IMG/VR virus record: IMGVR_UViG_3300025382_000004
Coordinates: 1 to 64,000 of that record
Length of the DNA stretch: 64,000 bases
Source: a virus
Lineage: Duplodnaviria > Caudoviricetes
Reading direction: 5' to 3' (one strand)
Under the pieces are notes generated by a model. The model was not told the DNA's origin, made no database searches, and saw nothing but the letters and a program-made list of their open reading frames with translations. Each line of letters opens with the position of its first letter. Position 1 is the stretch's first letter. This document shows positions 30,026-39,946 of this stretch, piece after piece. Both the position numbers and the translations under genes were made by a program.

Positions 30026-30370
30026 ATGTTAAAACACGACCACAACCATAACGACGAGATTGGCGATGATGGAGGTGGATTCAATCTTATCAATTTTTTA
30101 CCACACGCTATTACAGCTATAATTGCCGTGTGTGGTATTGGTGTATCACTATTATGGACCATTAGTGACCTTAAAGTGGGAGATATGGAACTTAAAACAA
30201 AAGTGACCTATCTTGAGTCCAGAGTCCAACATATTGAAGATTACCTTGGTCAAAGAAAAGAATTGACTGATAATGACCGTAAAAGTCTTTGGGACGAGGT
30301 AAATGATATAAAGCAGTCCTTACAAAATATAGAACAACAACATAAAAGGGAACTGCCACCAAGAAAGTAG
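30026..30370 (+). CDS. single-TM protein with coiled coil (holin/spanin-like candidate)
   Basis: Hydrophobic helix AITAIIAVCGIGVSLLW, then heptads; follows the peptidase. Confidence 0.5.
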   Translation: MLKHDHNHNDEIGDDGGGFNLINFLPHAITAIIAVCGIGVSLLWTISDLKVGDMELKTKVTYLESRVQHIEDYLGQRKELTDNDRKSLWDEVNDIKQSLQNIEQQHKRELPPRK

Positions 30371-30399
30371 TTGACATAGAGCCAACTACCAAGTATAAT
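30371..30399 (+). promoter_or_regulatory. sigma70 consensus promoter
   Basis: TTGACA-17-TATAAT. Confidence 0.85.
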
Positions 30400-30428
30400 A
30401 AAAAACTTCGTTATGATTATGGTGGAAT

Positions 30429-31445
30429 ATGTCCTTATACATAGATAAAAAATATGTTTCCCTCCTTTCGCCCAAGTTGAAAAACTTCAAGCAAAGGGGG
30501 GAATTTTTATGGAATTTTTCCTGTCCCGTTTGTGGTGATTCCAAGAAGGACAAACTAAAGGCCCGTGGTTACATCTATAAGAAGAAGGAACACCTCTTCT
30601 TTATGTGTCATAATTGTCACACCTCCACCACATTTCAAAAGTTCCTAAAAGATGAAGATCCGATGTTATATCGTGATTTTGTATTGGACTCGTTCGTCCA
30701 ACCTAACACGACCAACACCGTTGTGGACGTCAAGGATTTTGTCTCCAAACCAGTCTTTAAAGAACAACCTAAGTCCCTACTATACAGTGATGCCGTTCGT
30801 GTCAATGGACTGAATCCTTATCATCCGGCTAGAAAATACCTAGAAGATAGGAAGGTTCCTATTGATGATATGTGGTATGCGGAAGACTTCGCAAACTTCG
30901 TTTCTGTCACATTTCCTGCACACGCAAAAACACTATATAAGGAACCTCGCATAATAATCCCGTTCTATAACAGAGACGGCCAACTACTGGGAATACAGGG
31001 GCGATCCATTGACAGACATTCCAAGATCAAGTATATCACAATCAAAAGTGACGAAGAGAACCCAAAAGTTTTTGGTTGGGATAAACTTAACTTTGATATG
31101 CCTGTATATGTTGTTGAGGGACCCATCGACAGTCTTTTCCTTAACAATTCTCTGGCTACTATGGATGCAGCACTGTTTAATGCTCCTAACATTGTAGGTC
31201 TTGACAAAGATTACAGATTTGTGTATGATAATGAACCACGAAACAAACAGATTGTTTCTAATATGCGGAAAACCATTGACTTGGGTTATAAGATTTGTAT
31301 CTGGCCCAACACTGTGAAAGAAAAAGATATTAATGAAATGGTTCTTTCAGGATTATCTCCTGCCATTCTCCAACACATTATAGATATAAACACACACAGC
31401 GGATTTGAGGCTACGATGAACTTGAATATATGGAGTAGATTATGA
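30429..31445 (+). CDS. 61: DNA primase gp61
   Basis: CPVCGDS...CHNC Zn finger, RIIIPF, QGRS, VVEGPIDS, DNE TOPRIM. Confidence 0.95.
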   Translation: MSLYIDKKYVSLLSPKLKNFKQRGEFLWNFSCPVCGDSKKDKLKARGYIYKKKEHLFFMCHNCHTSTTFQKFLKDEDPMLYRDFVLDSFVQPNTTNTVVDVKDFVSKPVFKEQPKSLLYSDAVRVNGLNPYHPARKYLEDRKVPIDDMWYAEDFANFVSVTFPAHAKTLYKEPRIIIPFYNRDGQLLGIQGRSIDRHSKIKYITIKSDEENPKVFGWDKLNFDMPVYVVEGPIDSLFLNNSLATMDAALFNAPNIVGLDKDYRFVYDNEPRNKQIVSNMRKTIDLGYKICIWPNTVKEKDINEMVLSGLSPAILQHIIDINTHSGFEATMNLNIWSRL

Positions 31446-31651
31446 GTATGTTAAAATTTACTAATATGAATAATCAAAGAGCAGGTGATCCACTTTATAT
31501 TAATTCAGATTGGGTTGTTGCTATATATGAAAATCATAATGAAGGTGGATCATTATCAACAGTTATATTTGGTGGACCACATAACACTGAATGGTATGTA
31601 GAAGAAAGTCTTGGTCAAGTTATTAAGATTATTAATGAGGAAACAAAATGA
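31442..31651 (+). CDS. small protein, FlbD-like pattern
   Basis: LYINSD.V..I...T.I...YVEES..QVIKII resembles FlbD/SwrD family. Confidence 0.45.
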   Translation: MSMLKFTNMNNQRAGDPLYINSDWVVAIYENHNEGGSLSTVIFGGPHNTEWYVEESLGQVIKIINEETK

Positions 31652-32385
31652 ATACCGCGAAAATTATAGCATTGACACAACCTATCCTTTCGGCATGGGA
31701 AACACAAACAGAAAGATCCATTGGCGTAGAGGCATTCATTGCTTACACAGCCAGAGTATCAAATCCATCCAATCAACATAACACACTAACCGCACCTAAA
31801 CTTCTCAAATATCTAATCAAAAACAAGCACTGGTCTCCATTTGAGATGGTGTCTATCACTATGGATATTCAGACAACCCGTGACATTTCACATCAGATCA
31901 TTCGTCATCGTTCTTTTTCATTCCAAGAGTTTAGTCAACGTTATGCTGATCCAACCAAGGACATGGAGTTTGTAACAAGAGAAGCAAGACTACAAGACGC
32001 CAAGAATCGTCAGAATAGTATTGAGACGGATGATGAAGATTTAACTGATGTTTGGGAGAAAAAGCAGAAATCATTAACTAATCTTGCTGGAATTTATTAT
32101 AAAGAAGCGATTGAAATGGGTATTGCTAAAGAACAGGCTAGATCGGTTCTACCAGAAGGTCTAACCAAGACACGACTATATATGTCAGGTACACTTCGTT
32201 CTTGGATTCACTGGATAGATGTTCGTGCGGAAGTAGGCACACAGAAAGAACATCGTTTGATTGCTCTTGATGCACAGAAAGAAATACTACAACATTTCCC
32301 GTCATTGAGAGAGTATTGGCATCCTGCACCAATACAGATGGAGAATCCAGACGCTAAAGAAAAACCTTGGTGGCCATTTTGGTGA
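31648..32385 (+). CDS. thyX: FAD-dependent thymidylate synthase
   Basis: HWSPFE, RHRSFSFQEFSQRY, EQARSVLP. Confidence 0.95.
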   Translation: MNTAKIIALTQPILSAWETQTERSIGVEAFIAYTARVSNPSNQHNTLTAPKLLKYLIKNKHWSPFEMVSITMDIQTTRDISHQIIRHRSFSFQEFSQRYADPTKDMEFVTREARLQDAKNRQNSIETDDEDLTDVWEKKQKSLTNLAGIYYKEAIEMGIAKEQARSVLPEGLTKTRLYMSGTLRSWIHWIDVRAEVGTQKEHRLIALDAQKEILQHFPSLREYWHPAPIQMENPDAKEKPWWPFW

Positions 32386-32451
32386 AAAGTAATGAGTGAA
32401 CCTAACTTTATAAAATGGGGTCACGGAAAAAATTGTAAGAGGAAATAAAGA

Positions 32452-34347
32452 ATGGATTTATACAGCCAATTCATATATAAGAGTCGTTATAGTCGTTATC
32501 TGCCAAAACAAAATCGTCGTGAAAACTGGGAAGAAACTATAAATCGTTATCTTGACTTTATGGAAAATCATCTCCAAGAAAAGCATCAATACGATATAAA
32601 GCCTATTCGTTCTCGTTTGTTTGATGCTATTCACGATCTAAAAGTTATGCCAAGTATGCGATCACTAATGACTGCTGGCAAGGCTTTGGAACGTGACAAC
32701 ACCTGCGGATACAACTGCTCATTCTTGCCTGTAGATGATCCAAAAGCATTTGATGAAGCAATGTTTGTCCTCTTGTGTGGAACAGGCGTAGGTTTTTCGG
32801 TAGAGAGACAATTCATCAATCAGTTGCCAGAAATTCCGGAAAAACTATTTGACTCGGAGACTACCATTTCCGTTAGAGATAGTAAGGAAGGTTGGGCCAA
32901 GGCACTTCGTATGCTTATTGCTCTACTTTATACTGGAGAGATTCCAAAGTGGGACTTGACAAAAGTTCGTCCCGCTGGTGCTCCGCTAAAAACATTTGGT
33001 GGTCGTAGTTCCGGACCCGAACCATTACATGAACTATTCAGATTTGTTGTAAAAACATTTCGTAACGCCCATGGCCGCCGTCTGACATCATTAGAGTGTC
33101 ACGATATTCTATGTAAAATAGGCGAGGTAGTGGTTGTTGGTGGTGTTCGTCGTTCTGCTATGATTAGTTTGTCTAACCTTAGCGATGATAGAATGAGACA
33201 TTGTAAATCAGGAAGTTGGTGGGAAGCAAATCCACAACGAGCATTGTCAAACAACTCTGCCGTGTATAATGAGAAGCCAGAAGTTGGCACATTCATGGCA
33301 GAATGGATTTCATTGTATGAAAGTAAATCAGGTGAGAGAGGACTATTCAGCCGTGAAGCATGTCAAACAATCGCAAAACGAAATGGCAGAAGAAATAGTG
33401 AACAACTATTTGGCACAAACCCATGTAGCGAAATTATCCTTCGCCCATATGGATTCTGCAATCTTACGGAAGTTGTTATCCGAGCCGATGACACCATGGA
33501 AACTATTCGTGATAAAATTGAGGTTGCGACTATTCTTGGTACTTTTCAATCTACTCTTACGGATTTTCCCTACCTAAGAAAGATTTGGGTTAAGAATGCC
33601 GAAGAAGAAAGACTACTTGGTGTTTCTCTTACAGGCATCTATGACTCCAAACTATTCAACAATCCACAAGATAAAGAAATCAAGGCACGCCTTGCTTCTC
33701 TCCGTGACTATGCTGTTGAGGTGAATAATGGACTTGCTGAAAAACTTGGTATTAATCCTGCCGCTGCTATTACTTGTGTCAAGCCTTCTGGCACAGTATC
33801 GCAACTATGCGACTCCGCGTCTGGTATTCATCCACGGCATTCTAATTATTATATCCGTCGTGTTCGGGCTGATAATAAAGATCCTCTAACAAAGTTTATG
33901 AAAGAGAAGGGTGTGCCTTGGGAACCAGATGTGATGAAGCCTGATTCCACAACTGTATTTTCTTTCCCACAGAAAGCACCAAAGGGTGCCGTGGTTCGTG
34001 ATGACATTGATGCTATCAAACATTTGGAGTTGTGGGCGGTGTATCAGGAACACTTCACGGAACATAAGCCATCAGTTACGATTACTGTTCGTGAGGATGA
34101 ATGGATGAAAGTTGGTGCCTGGGTTTACGACCACTTTGATGAAATGTCCGGCGTCTCGTTCTTGCCTTATGATGGTGGTAGCTACCGGCAAGCACCTTAT
34201 GAGGCCATAACCAAAGACCTTTACGATGCTATGTTACCTTCCATTCCAACCGAAATAAACTGGGATGAACTCAAAGAGTTTGAGGATAATGTGGAGGGGG
34301 TGCAGACCTTGGCCTGTAGTGCGGCAGGCGGTGGATGCGACATCTAA
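32452..34347 (+). CDS. nrdJ: class II (B12-dependent) ribonucleotide reductase
   Basis: YNCSF, GGVRRSA, TNPCSEI, CVKPSGT, C-terminal [10 protein letters not shown]; no beta-subunit gene nearby. Confidence 0.9.
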   Translation: MDLYSQFIYKSRYSRYLPKQNRRENWEETINRYLDFMENHLQEKHQYDIKPIRSRLFDAIHDLKVMPSMRSLMTAGKALERDNTCGYNCSFLPVDDPKAFDEAMFVLLCGTGVGFSVERQFINQLPEIPEKLFDSETTISVRDSKEGWAKALRMLIALLYTGEIPKWDLTKVRPAGAPLKTFGGRSSGPEPLHELFRFVVKTFRNAHGRRLTSLECHDILCKIGEVVVVGGVRRSAMISLSNLSDDRMRHCKSGSWWEANPQRALSNNSAVYNEKPEVGTFMAEWISLYESKSGERGLFSREACQTIAKRNGRRNSEQLFGTNPCSEIILRPYGFCNLTEVVIRADDTMETIRDKIEVATILGTFQSTLTDFPYLRKIWVKNAEEERLLGVSLTGIYDSKLFNNPQDKEIKARLASLRDYAVEVNNGLAEKLGINPAAAITCVKPSGTVSQLCDSASGIHPRHSNYYIRRVRADNKDPLTKFMKEKGVPWEPDVMKPDSTTVFSFPQKAPKGAVVRDDIDAIKHLELWAVYQEHFTEHKPSVTITVREDEWMKVGAWVYDHFDEMSGVSFLPYDGGSYRQAPYEAITKDLYDAMLPSIPTEINWDELKEFEDNVEGVQTLACSAAGGGCDI

Positions 34348-35075
34348 TGTTTTGATAGTTTGGCCTTGGATATAGCCTTACCAACTCTAAGGTTATATTC
34401 GGGGTCAGACCATCTTACTTTGTTTCTATAAGACGCAGCGCAGGACTTATTACAGAAATGTGCGGCCTTTCTATTATTGGCGGTATCTCTTTCTGTATGT
34501 TCTTTACCACAATGCTTACAATGCCAGGTGAATGTAGAAAGTATTTTGTTATAAGGTTCTAATCCTGGCGTTCCTTTGTTATAACGACCTTTTAGTTTTT
34601 CGGAAACTTTTTTGGCAATCTCCGGATCCTTCATGGGATTGTTAGTAAGGAATCTTTCACGCTGTTGTGGATTAGAAATACCTTTGTTAGGAGCAGGACG
34701 ACCAAGTGCCTTTTGTCTTATCTTTTCTCTTGTTTCAGGAGAATGTATTCCAGTTTTTCCTTTATTAGGATGCTGAAAACCAGATTGTCCGTTTCCACCA
34801 TCAGACAGATTGCGGAGAATACCAGTACCATTGTCTTTGCGACCATACCATCTAATGTAGAATCGTTCTAAGGCAAAAGCACCAAGTTCTGTTAGATTGG
34901 CCTCCATAATAATGATTTTGCTATGGTCTTTTGGTGGTTGAGCATTACATTGTCTATGACGGCGCCAGGCACGATTACTTTTGCCTTTACCAATGTAATA
35001 GACATTACCATTCTTGGAAATATATGCGTAAATATAGAACTCTGGTGGTAGATTTGTGGTAGAATAAATAGCCAT
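34344..35075 (-). mobile_element. GIY-YIG homing-endonuclease-like gene, inverted; C-terminal CxxC...C Zn/TRASH-like motif
   Basis: FYIYAYI...YYIGKG...[13 protein letters not shown]...SDGGNG; CKHCGKE...HFCNKSC. Confidence 0.85.
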
Positions 35076-35141
35076 GCTGATACCTCCGTATAAGGTGTTA
35101 GAGTAGGCAGGTTCCCCAACCGTGGCCTACAACCCTATTTA
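35076..35141 (-). promoter_or_regulatory. late promoter plus conserved two-hairpin leader (copy 5, minus strand)
   Basis: Reverse complement: TAAATA...GTAGGC CAC GG TTGGGGAA CC T GCCTAC TCTAA CACCT...GGAGGT ATCAGC ATG. Confidence 0.85.
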
Positions 35142-35161
35142 GTAAACATGAAAGTTAATAT

Positions 35162-35623
35162 ATGAGAAAACTACTAATAGCATTATTACTAATATCAACA
35201 CCAGCAATGGCACTTGACCCTTTGCTGCCAAACCACCAACTAACACCAGGCGCAACTCTTCCTGTTACAGAGAAAGAGGTCTGCGTTCCTGGTTATGCTG
35301 GTCGTGTTAGAAATGTTCCACAGTTTGTGAAGAACAAAGCATACCAGATTTATGGTATTACATCTCGCAAACCCGGTCAGTATGAGATAGACCACCTAAT
35401 CAGTTTACAGTTAGGTGGATCAAATGATCTTAGCAATCTTTGGCCACAGTCATACGTGACACTACCGTGGAATGCCCATGTGAAAGATAAACTTGAGAAT
35501 AAACTACATGCCTTGGTGTGTAGTGGTCAGATGACCTTGAAAGAAGCACAGGAGAAGATTTCAGGAGACTGGACTAAAGCTTACTGTGAAGTTTTTGGTA
35601 TTACCAACTGTAATGGAGACTAA
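35162..35623 (+). CDS. secreted HNH-like nuclease
   Basis: Signal peptide AMA|L; EIDHLISLQLGGSNDLSNLWPQ. Confidence 0.7.
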   Translation: MRKLLIALLLISTPAMALDPLLPNHQLTPGATLPVTEKEVCVPGYAGRVRNVPQFVKNKAYQIYGITSRKPGQYEIDHLISLQLGGSNDLSNLWPQSYVTLPWNAHVKDKLENKLHALVCSGQMTLKEAQEKISGDWTKAYCEVFGITNCNGD

Positions 35624-35624
35624 T

Positions 35625-36026
35625 GTGAAGAAATTACTTATCGCAATGATGCTACTAACAACACCAGCAATGTCACAGACTGATATCACTATCAGTAAGA
35701 GACACCAGATGATGCAGGTTGATACGGACTCAGGTTCATACCAGTTTCCAGTATCAACAGCCCGTAAAGGTTATTATACACCAACAGGAACTTTTCATCC
35801 TTATTCACTACAACCAATGCACTACTCAAGGAAATATGATATGGCACCTATGCCTCACTCCATCTTTTTTAGTGGCGGTTATGCTATCCATGCTACTCCA
35901 CATACTGGTGCTTTGGGGCGTCCTGCTTCTCATGGTTGCGTTCGTCTATCACCTGCTAACGCTGCGTTTCTTTATGGGATTGTGAAGAATGATAAAGAAG
36001 GTACGACGATCAGGATCACAAACTGA
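35625..36026 (+). CDS. L,D-transpeptidase (YkuD family), secreted
   Basis: GTG start after GGAG; VST, TPTG, GYAIH, ASHGCVRL. Confidence 0.9.
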   Translation: MKKLLIAMMLLTTPAMSQTDITISKRHQMMQVDTDSGSYQFPVSTARKGYYTPTGTFHPYSLQPMHYSRKYDMAPMPHSIFFSGGYAIHATPHTGALGRPASHGCVRLSPANAAFLYGIVKNDKEGTTIRITN

Positions 36027-36287
36027 TGAATTAAACTTGATTTTGGCCGAACAATTGCAATCGGCAAAACTAAGTTTAAAAACAATAAATAGATTTTTAA
36101 AACTTATGCCAAATGATCCATGGTTACTACAAGGTAAAAAAATAGTAGAAAAAAGAATTAGTTGGTATGAAAGTATGATAACAGAACCTTCTTACAAAAG
36201 AAAGAGGGTAATAAATATAAGAAGAACATTGACCAACATAAAATATTATGTAAGGTTCATACACTTCTTCAGAAAGAGGAAAAACTA

Positions 36288-36509
36288 ATGGCTTGGAATA
36301 CAGGTTCTCAAATACTAGATCAGATTATAGAAAAACTGGTTGATAGCGAAGTTTCATATGATGATCGTAAAATCGTTTATGAAATCTTGCTAGAGGTCTT
36401 TGAGGACTTTGATGCTAAGAACTTAGACGAATGTGTTGAAATGGATAAGGCCTTCGATGAGGTATGGAACGAAAAGTATCCACCTGAGATGGAAGACGAA
36501 GAGGACTGA
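36288..36509 (+). CDS. acidic hypothetical protein
   Basis: 73 aa; GAGGA SD. Confidence 0.6.
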   Translation: MAWNTGSQILDQIIEKLVDSEVSYDDRKIVYEILLEVFEDFDAKNLDECVEMDKAFDEVWNEKYPPEMEDEED

Positions 36510-36524
36510 CACCTACATAGGTGT

Positions 36525-36917
36525 ATGTGGTTATACAACAATACACCTTTTGAAGAAATACCCGATGGTTATGTGGCCTTTGTTTACCTTATCACCAACG
36601 AGGTAACAGGTCGTAAGTATATCGGAAAGAAACTGTTTAAATTCACCCGCTCTACCAAACGAAAAGGTAAGCGGGTGAAAAAACAGGTTGACTCCGACTG
36701 GAAAGACTATTATGGTTCTAACAAAGAACTAAATGAGCATGTGGATCTATACGGCAAAGACAAGTTCAAACGAGAAATCCTATATCTTTGTAAGTCTAAA
36801 GGTGAGGCTTCATACCTTGAGGCCAAGGAGCAGTTTGCTAGAGACGCATTGATGACCGAAGATTACTATAATACATGGATTATGGTACGAGTAAGGAAAT
36901 CTCATATAAAGAGATGA
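36525..36917 (+). CDS. GIY-YIG endonuclease II (DenA)-like
   Basis: FVYLITN...YIGKK, YYGS, FKREIL, YLEAKEQF, YYN. Confidence 0.75.
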   Translation: MWLYNNTPFEEIPDGYVAFVYLITNEVTGRKYIGKKLFKFTRSTKRKGKRVKKQVDSDWKDYYGSNKELNEHVDLYGKDKFKREILYLCKSKGEASYLEAKEQFARDALMTEDYYNTWIMVRVRKSHIKR

Positions 36918-36921
36918 TAAA

Positions 36922-37512
36922 ATGATCTTTGAAAATGTTTTTTGTAATTTTTTAGCCTATGAAGATATCATTATTGATAATAATGATATTGAAAATTTTT
37001 GTTATCGAAAAATGAATGAAGATGAAAAAGGTCGTGTATTAACCAATAAAGGTGGATGGCAAAGTAATGATCTTTTTTTGCCGGTTTCGGAATTGTGTGA
37101 ATTAACAAGTATTGTTACTTACAATATGAGAAAACTGGCCAAAAAAATTAATCTTAAAAATGTCCATGATTTGTATTTATCTAATTTTTGGATAAATATA
37201 AATAAAAATTCTAACTCTAATTCACCTCACACCCATCCTAATTCTGTATTAACTGCTGTATATTATGTTAAAGTTCCTTATAAATCTGGTGATATAAGAT
37301 TTTTTAGTCCTATTGAAAATAATCATGATTATTTCAAAGATTTTATGATAGAAAATTATAATGAATATAACTCGACAACTTATACATTAAAACCATCACA
37401 AGGAAAATTAGTATTTTTTCCTTCTTGGTTGAAACACGAAGTTGAAAGCAATGAAACAAATATGGATAGAATAAGTATAGCATTTAATTCAAATTATAAG
37501 GATTTATTATGA
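36922..37512 (+). CDS. 2OG-Fe(II) oxygenase (TIGR02466-like)
   Basis: GGWQS, WININ, HTHP, VYYV, FPSWLKHEV, RISIAFN. Confidence 0.85.
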   Translation: MIFENVFCNFLAYEDIIIDNNDIENFCYRKMNEDEKGRVLTNKGGWQSNDLFLPVSELCELTSIVTYNMRKLAKKINLKNVHDLYLSNFWININKNSNSNSPHTHPNSVLTAVYYVKVPYKSGDIRFFSPIENNHDYFKDFMIENYNEYNSTTYTLKPSQGKLVFFPSWLKHEVESNETNMDRISIAFNSNYKDLL

Positions 37513-38123
37513 AAGAACCAGAAGATCATATACCAGCATATTGTAAATATGACTATGTTGAAAATTTTGTTGTTACCAAAGAGTTTCTAACAAAACAAGA
37601 GTGTGATGTATTTGTAAGAGATGCAAAAGAACTTAATCTTTATGATGCGGAAGTGGAAGTAAAGAAAGGTCCTGTCAAAACATCAGATTTGGTATCGGAA
37701 GTCAGAGATAGTAAAATACATTTCATTAACTATGACAATACAAAGTTTGATTGGTTCTTTCAAAAGATCCTACAAACATTGGTGAATATTAATACAGACT
37801 ATTTTGATTTTGATATTCTTGGATTTCAGGAAGACTTACAGTTTACAGAATACAATGCTCCTTGTGGCCATTATGCAGATCACACCGACAAACTCCTACA
37901 AGGCAATGTTCGAAAACTAACAATGGTTGTCCAATTAACCGATCCTGAAGAATATGAAGGTGGTGAATTGGAACTATGTTTAGGCGGTGAACCATTTGTG
38001 GTACCAAAAGAACAGGGAACATTGGTAACATTTCCATCATACAATCTACATAGAGTAAGACCGACAACAAAAGGCACTCGCCATAGTTTGGTTGGTTGGG
38101 TAACAGGGAGACCATTTAGATGA
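37509..38123 (+). CDS. 2OG-Fe(II) oxygenase (PKHD/prolyl-hydroxylase-like)
   Basis: QFTEY, HTD, RKLT, YEGGEL, FPSYNLHRV.P...G.R.SLV.W. Confidence 0.85.
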   Translation: MKEPEDHIPAYCKYDYVENFVVTKEFLTKQECDVFVRDAKELNLYDAEVEVKKGPVKTSDLVSEVRDSKIHFINYDNTKFDWFFQKILQTLVNINTDYFDFDILGFQEDLQFTEYNAPCGHYADHTDKLLQGNVRKLTMVVQLTDPEEYEGGELELCLGGEPFVVPKEQGTLVTFPSYNLHRVRPTTKGTRHSLVGWVTGRPFR

Positions 38124-38347
38124 ACGTTATAATGTATTCAAAAGATGACTGTGCCTTTTGTGATAAGGCCAAAAACTTGTTAAAGATGAAGGCAATTGAG
38201 TTTATTGAGTATAAACTTGGTAAGGACTTTGACCGTGATACCCTTTTGGAACAGTTCCCAGAGGCACGAACATTTCCTGTAATAACACTTAATAAAGAAT
38301 ATATCGGTGGTTTTAATGAACTTGAAAAGTTGCTGAATACTAAATAA
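38120..38347 (+). CDS. glutaredoxin
   Basis: YSKDDCAFC, TFPVI, YIGGF. Confidence 0.9.
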   Translation: MNVIMYSKDDCAFCDKAKNLLKMKAIEFIEYKLGKDFDRDTLLEQFPEARTFPVITLNKEYIGGFNELEKLLNTK

Positions 38348-38403
38348 GTGTGTAGGCCACGGATTGGCGTCCTGCCTACTCTAATGCTTTAGGGAGCACC
38401 AGC
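38341..38403 (+). promoter_or_regulatory. late promoter plus conserved two-hairpin leader (copy 6)
   Basis: TAAATA; GTAGGC/GCCTAC; TCTAA; TGCT/AGCA over GGAG; CCAGCATG. Confidence 0.85.
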
Positions 38404-39012
38404 ATGTCTATTTATCCTACCGGTTTCTACATTTACGCCTATCTACGCAAATCCAACTTAACACCTTACTATATTGGAAAAGGTAAAGGTGAAAGAGCGT
38501 GGAATAGCAAAAGTCATACAAAAAACAATAATGCAAGGACTCCTAAAGACAAAAGATATATTGTTATTATGGAATCCAATCTAACGGAACTTGGCGCTTT
38601 TGCTTTAGAAAGATTTTATATTCGTTGGTATGGCCGTAAAGATATCGGAACAGGTATATTGAGAAACCTGACTTATGGTGGTGATGGAGCAGAAGGTTAT
38701 ATTTTCACCAAGGAACAACTTGAGAAAAGAGGAAAAAATATCTCTTCGTCAAAAAAAGGAAAACCCCTTACGAGAAAAGCATTGGAATCAAAGAAAAAAT
38801 ACTTTTATGAAGTTGTCTGTTCCGATGGTAATATAGTTAATACAGATAACTTACAACAGTTTTGTAGAGATAATAAACTGGATATGTCAGCCTTATCCAG
38901 AACCGTGAATAAAGAAAGAAAACAACACAAAGGATTCTATGTGAAGAAAAGACTTGACAAAAAGTATATTGGCGGTTATAATGAGTTGTATGATTTGCTA
39001 CTAACTCACTAA
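38404..39012 (+). mobile_element. GIY-YIG homing-endonuclease-like gene fused to a displaced glutaredoxin C-terminus
   Basis: GIY-YIG core; ends [19 protein letters not shown]. Confidence 0.85.
38954..38982 (+). promoter_or_regulatory. sigma70 consensus promoter inside the duplicated glutaredoxin tail
   Basis: TTGACA-17-TATAAT. Confidence 0.85.
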
Positions 39013-39021
39013 GGAACAGAA

Positions 39022-39267
39022 ATGAATATACTTCCTTTTCCTACTGTAACACCAGACATGCGTGTAGGATCTATAGCAGTTACCAAAAATAGAGATACCC
39101 GTAGGACTCGCCGAGAATTCCTAGACAAGGCTAAGGCAACCTTACCTAGAAATGATTATGAGGAACTATTGATGGCTATTTTGGACCCGGAATACTATAT
39201 GGAAGGTGATCACCTTATCCGTAGGGCCGTTGATGATTATTATGACCATGTTGAAAGTAGGAGTTGA
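39022..39267 (+). CDS. hypothetical protein
   Basis: 81 aa, AAGGA SD. Confidence 0.6.
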   Translation: MNILPFPTVTPDMRVGSIAVTKNRDTRRTRREFLDKAKATLPRNDYEELLMAILDPEYYMEGDHLIRRAVDDYYDHVESRS

Positions 39268-39270
39268 GTT

Positions 39271-39543
39271 ATGATTGATAAATATGCTCTAAAGGAACAA
39301 CTACAGAATGGTGTTGTCACCGTTGTTTTTGAGAAGACTGACGGAACGGAACGCACAATGCGTTGCACCCTTTCCGATCTATATGTTCCTCAAGTAGAAC
39401 CACAGATGTTGTCAGAGTATGACGGACAGGTTCCTAAGAACACAAGGCAGATTAATGATAGTGTCCAACCTGTATGGGACATTGACGCAGGAGGTTGGCG
39501 TTCATTCCGTTTGGATTCAGTCAAACAAGTGTTAAGTGAATAA
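39271..39543 (+). CDS. T4-like WYL/Sm-like small protein
   Basis: VVFEKTDGTERTMRCTL, VWDID..GWRSFR. Confidence 0.7.
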   Translation: MIDKYALKEQLQNGVVTVVFEKTDGTERTMRCTLSDLYVPQVEPQMLSEYDGQVPKNTRQINDSVQPVWDIDAGGWRSFRLDSVKQVLSE

Positions 39544-39645
39544 ACCTCTGTTTATGGCTGTTGTCCTATCAACGGCGTTTTGGTTAGTGCTAAAGACCGT
39601 AGCATTTCTTTTATATGGTATAATCGTTCAATGAAGGATAAACAA

Positions 39646-39939
39646 ATGTCAGCAGATAATGGAATATATGTGTTACTAACTGAGTCCGAAAAAGGTCCAG
39701 AATACCGTGTTACGAGGGCCAATGCAATTGATAACATCTATGGTGAATGGAATTCGGAAACAGGAAAATATGAAGGAAATGTTGAAGCAATCCTTGATAC
39801 CTTTGCACAAGTGCCTGTTTTCTATACAATAAACGAGGCTCTTGACTTTGCTGAGGAATTAGAGCATAATACCGATCCTACTGAAGACGGAGTATGTGTT
39901 ATTTCGGACTTTAAGTCATTCGGTAATATATTCGTTTGA
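39646..39939 (+). CDS. hypothetical protein
   Basis: MSADNGIY... after AAGGA SD. Confidence 0.6.
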   Translation: MSADNGIYVLLTESEKGPEYRVTRANAIDNIYGEWNSETGKYEGNVEAILDTFAQVPVFYTINEALDFAEELEHNTDPTEDGVCVISDFKSFGNIFV

Positions 39940-39946
39940 GGAAAAC

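Noticed and set aside
32452-34347. Intron or intein in nrdJ, thyX, 41 or uvsX
   Set aside because: All frames are continuous, of normal length and without intein or splice motifs; the endonucleases are free-standing
35989-36288. 99-aa basic ORF between the L,D-transpeptidase and 36288
   Set aside because: Overlaps the upstream gene, unclear start, no motif; may be real but too uncertain to annotate
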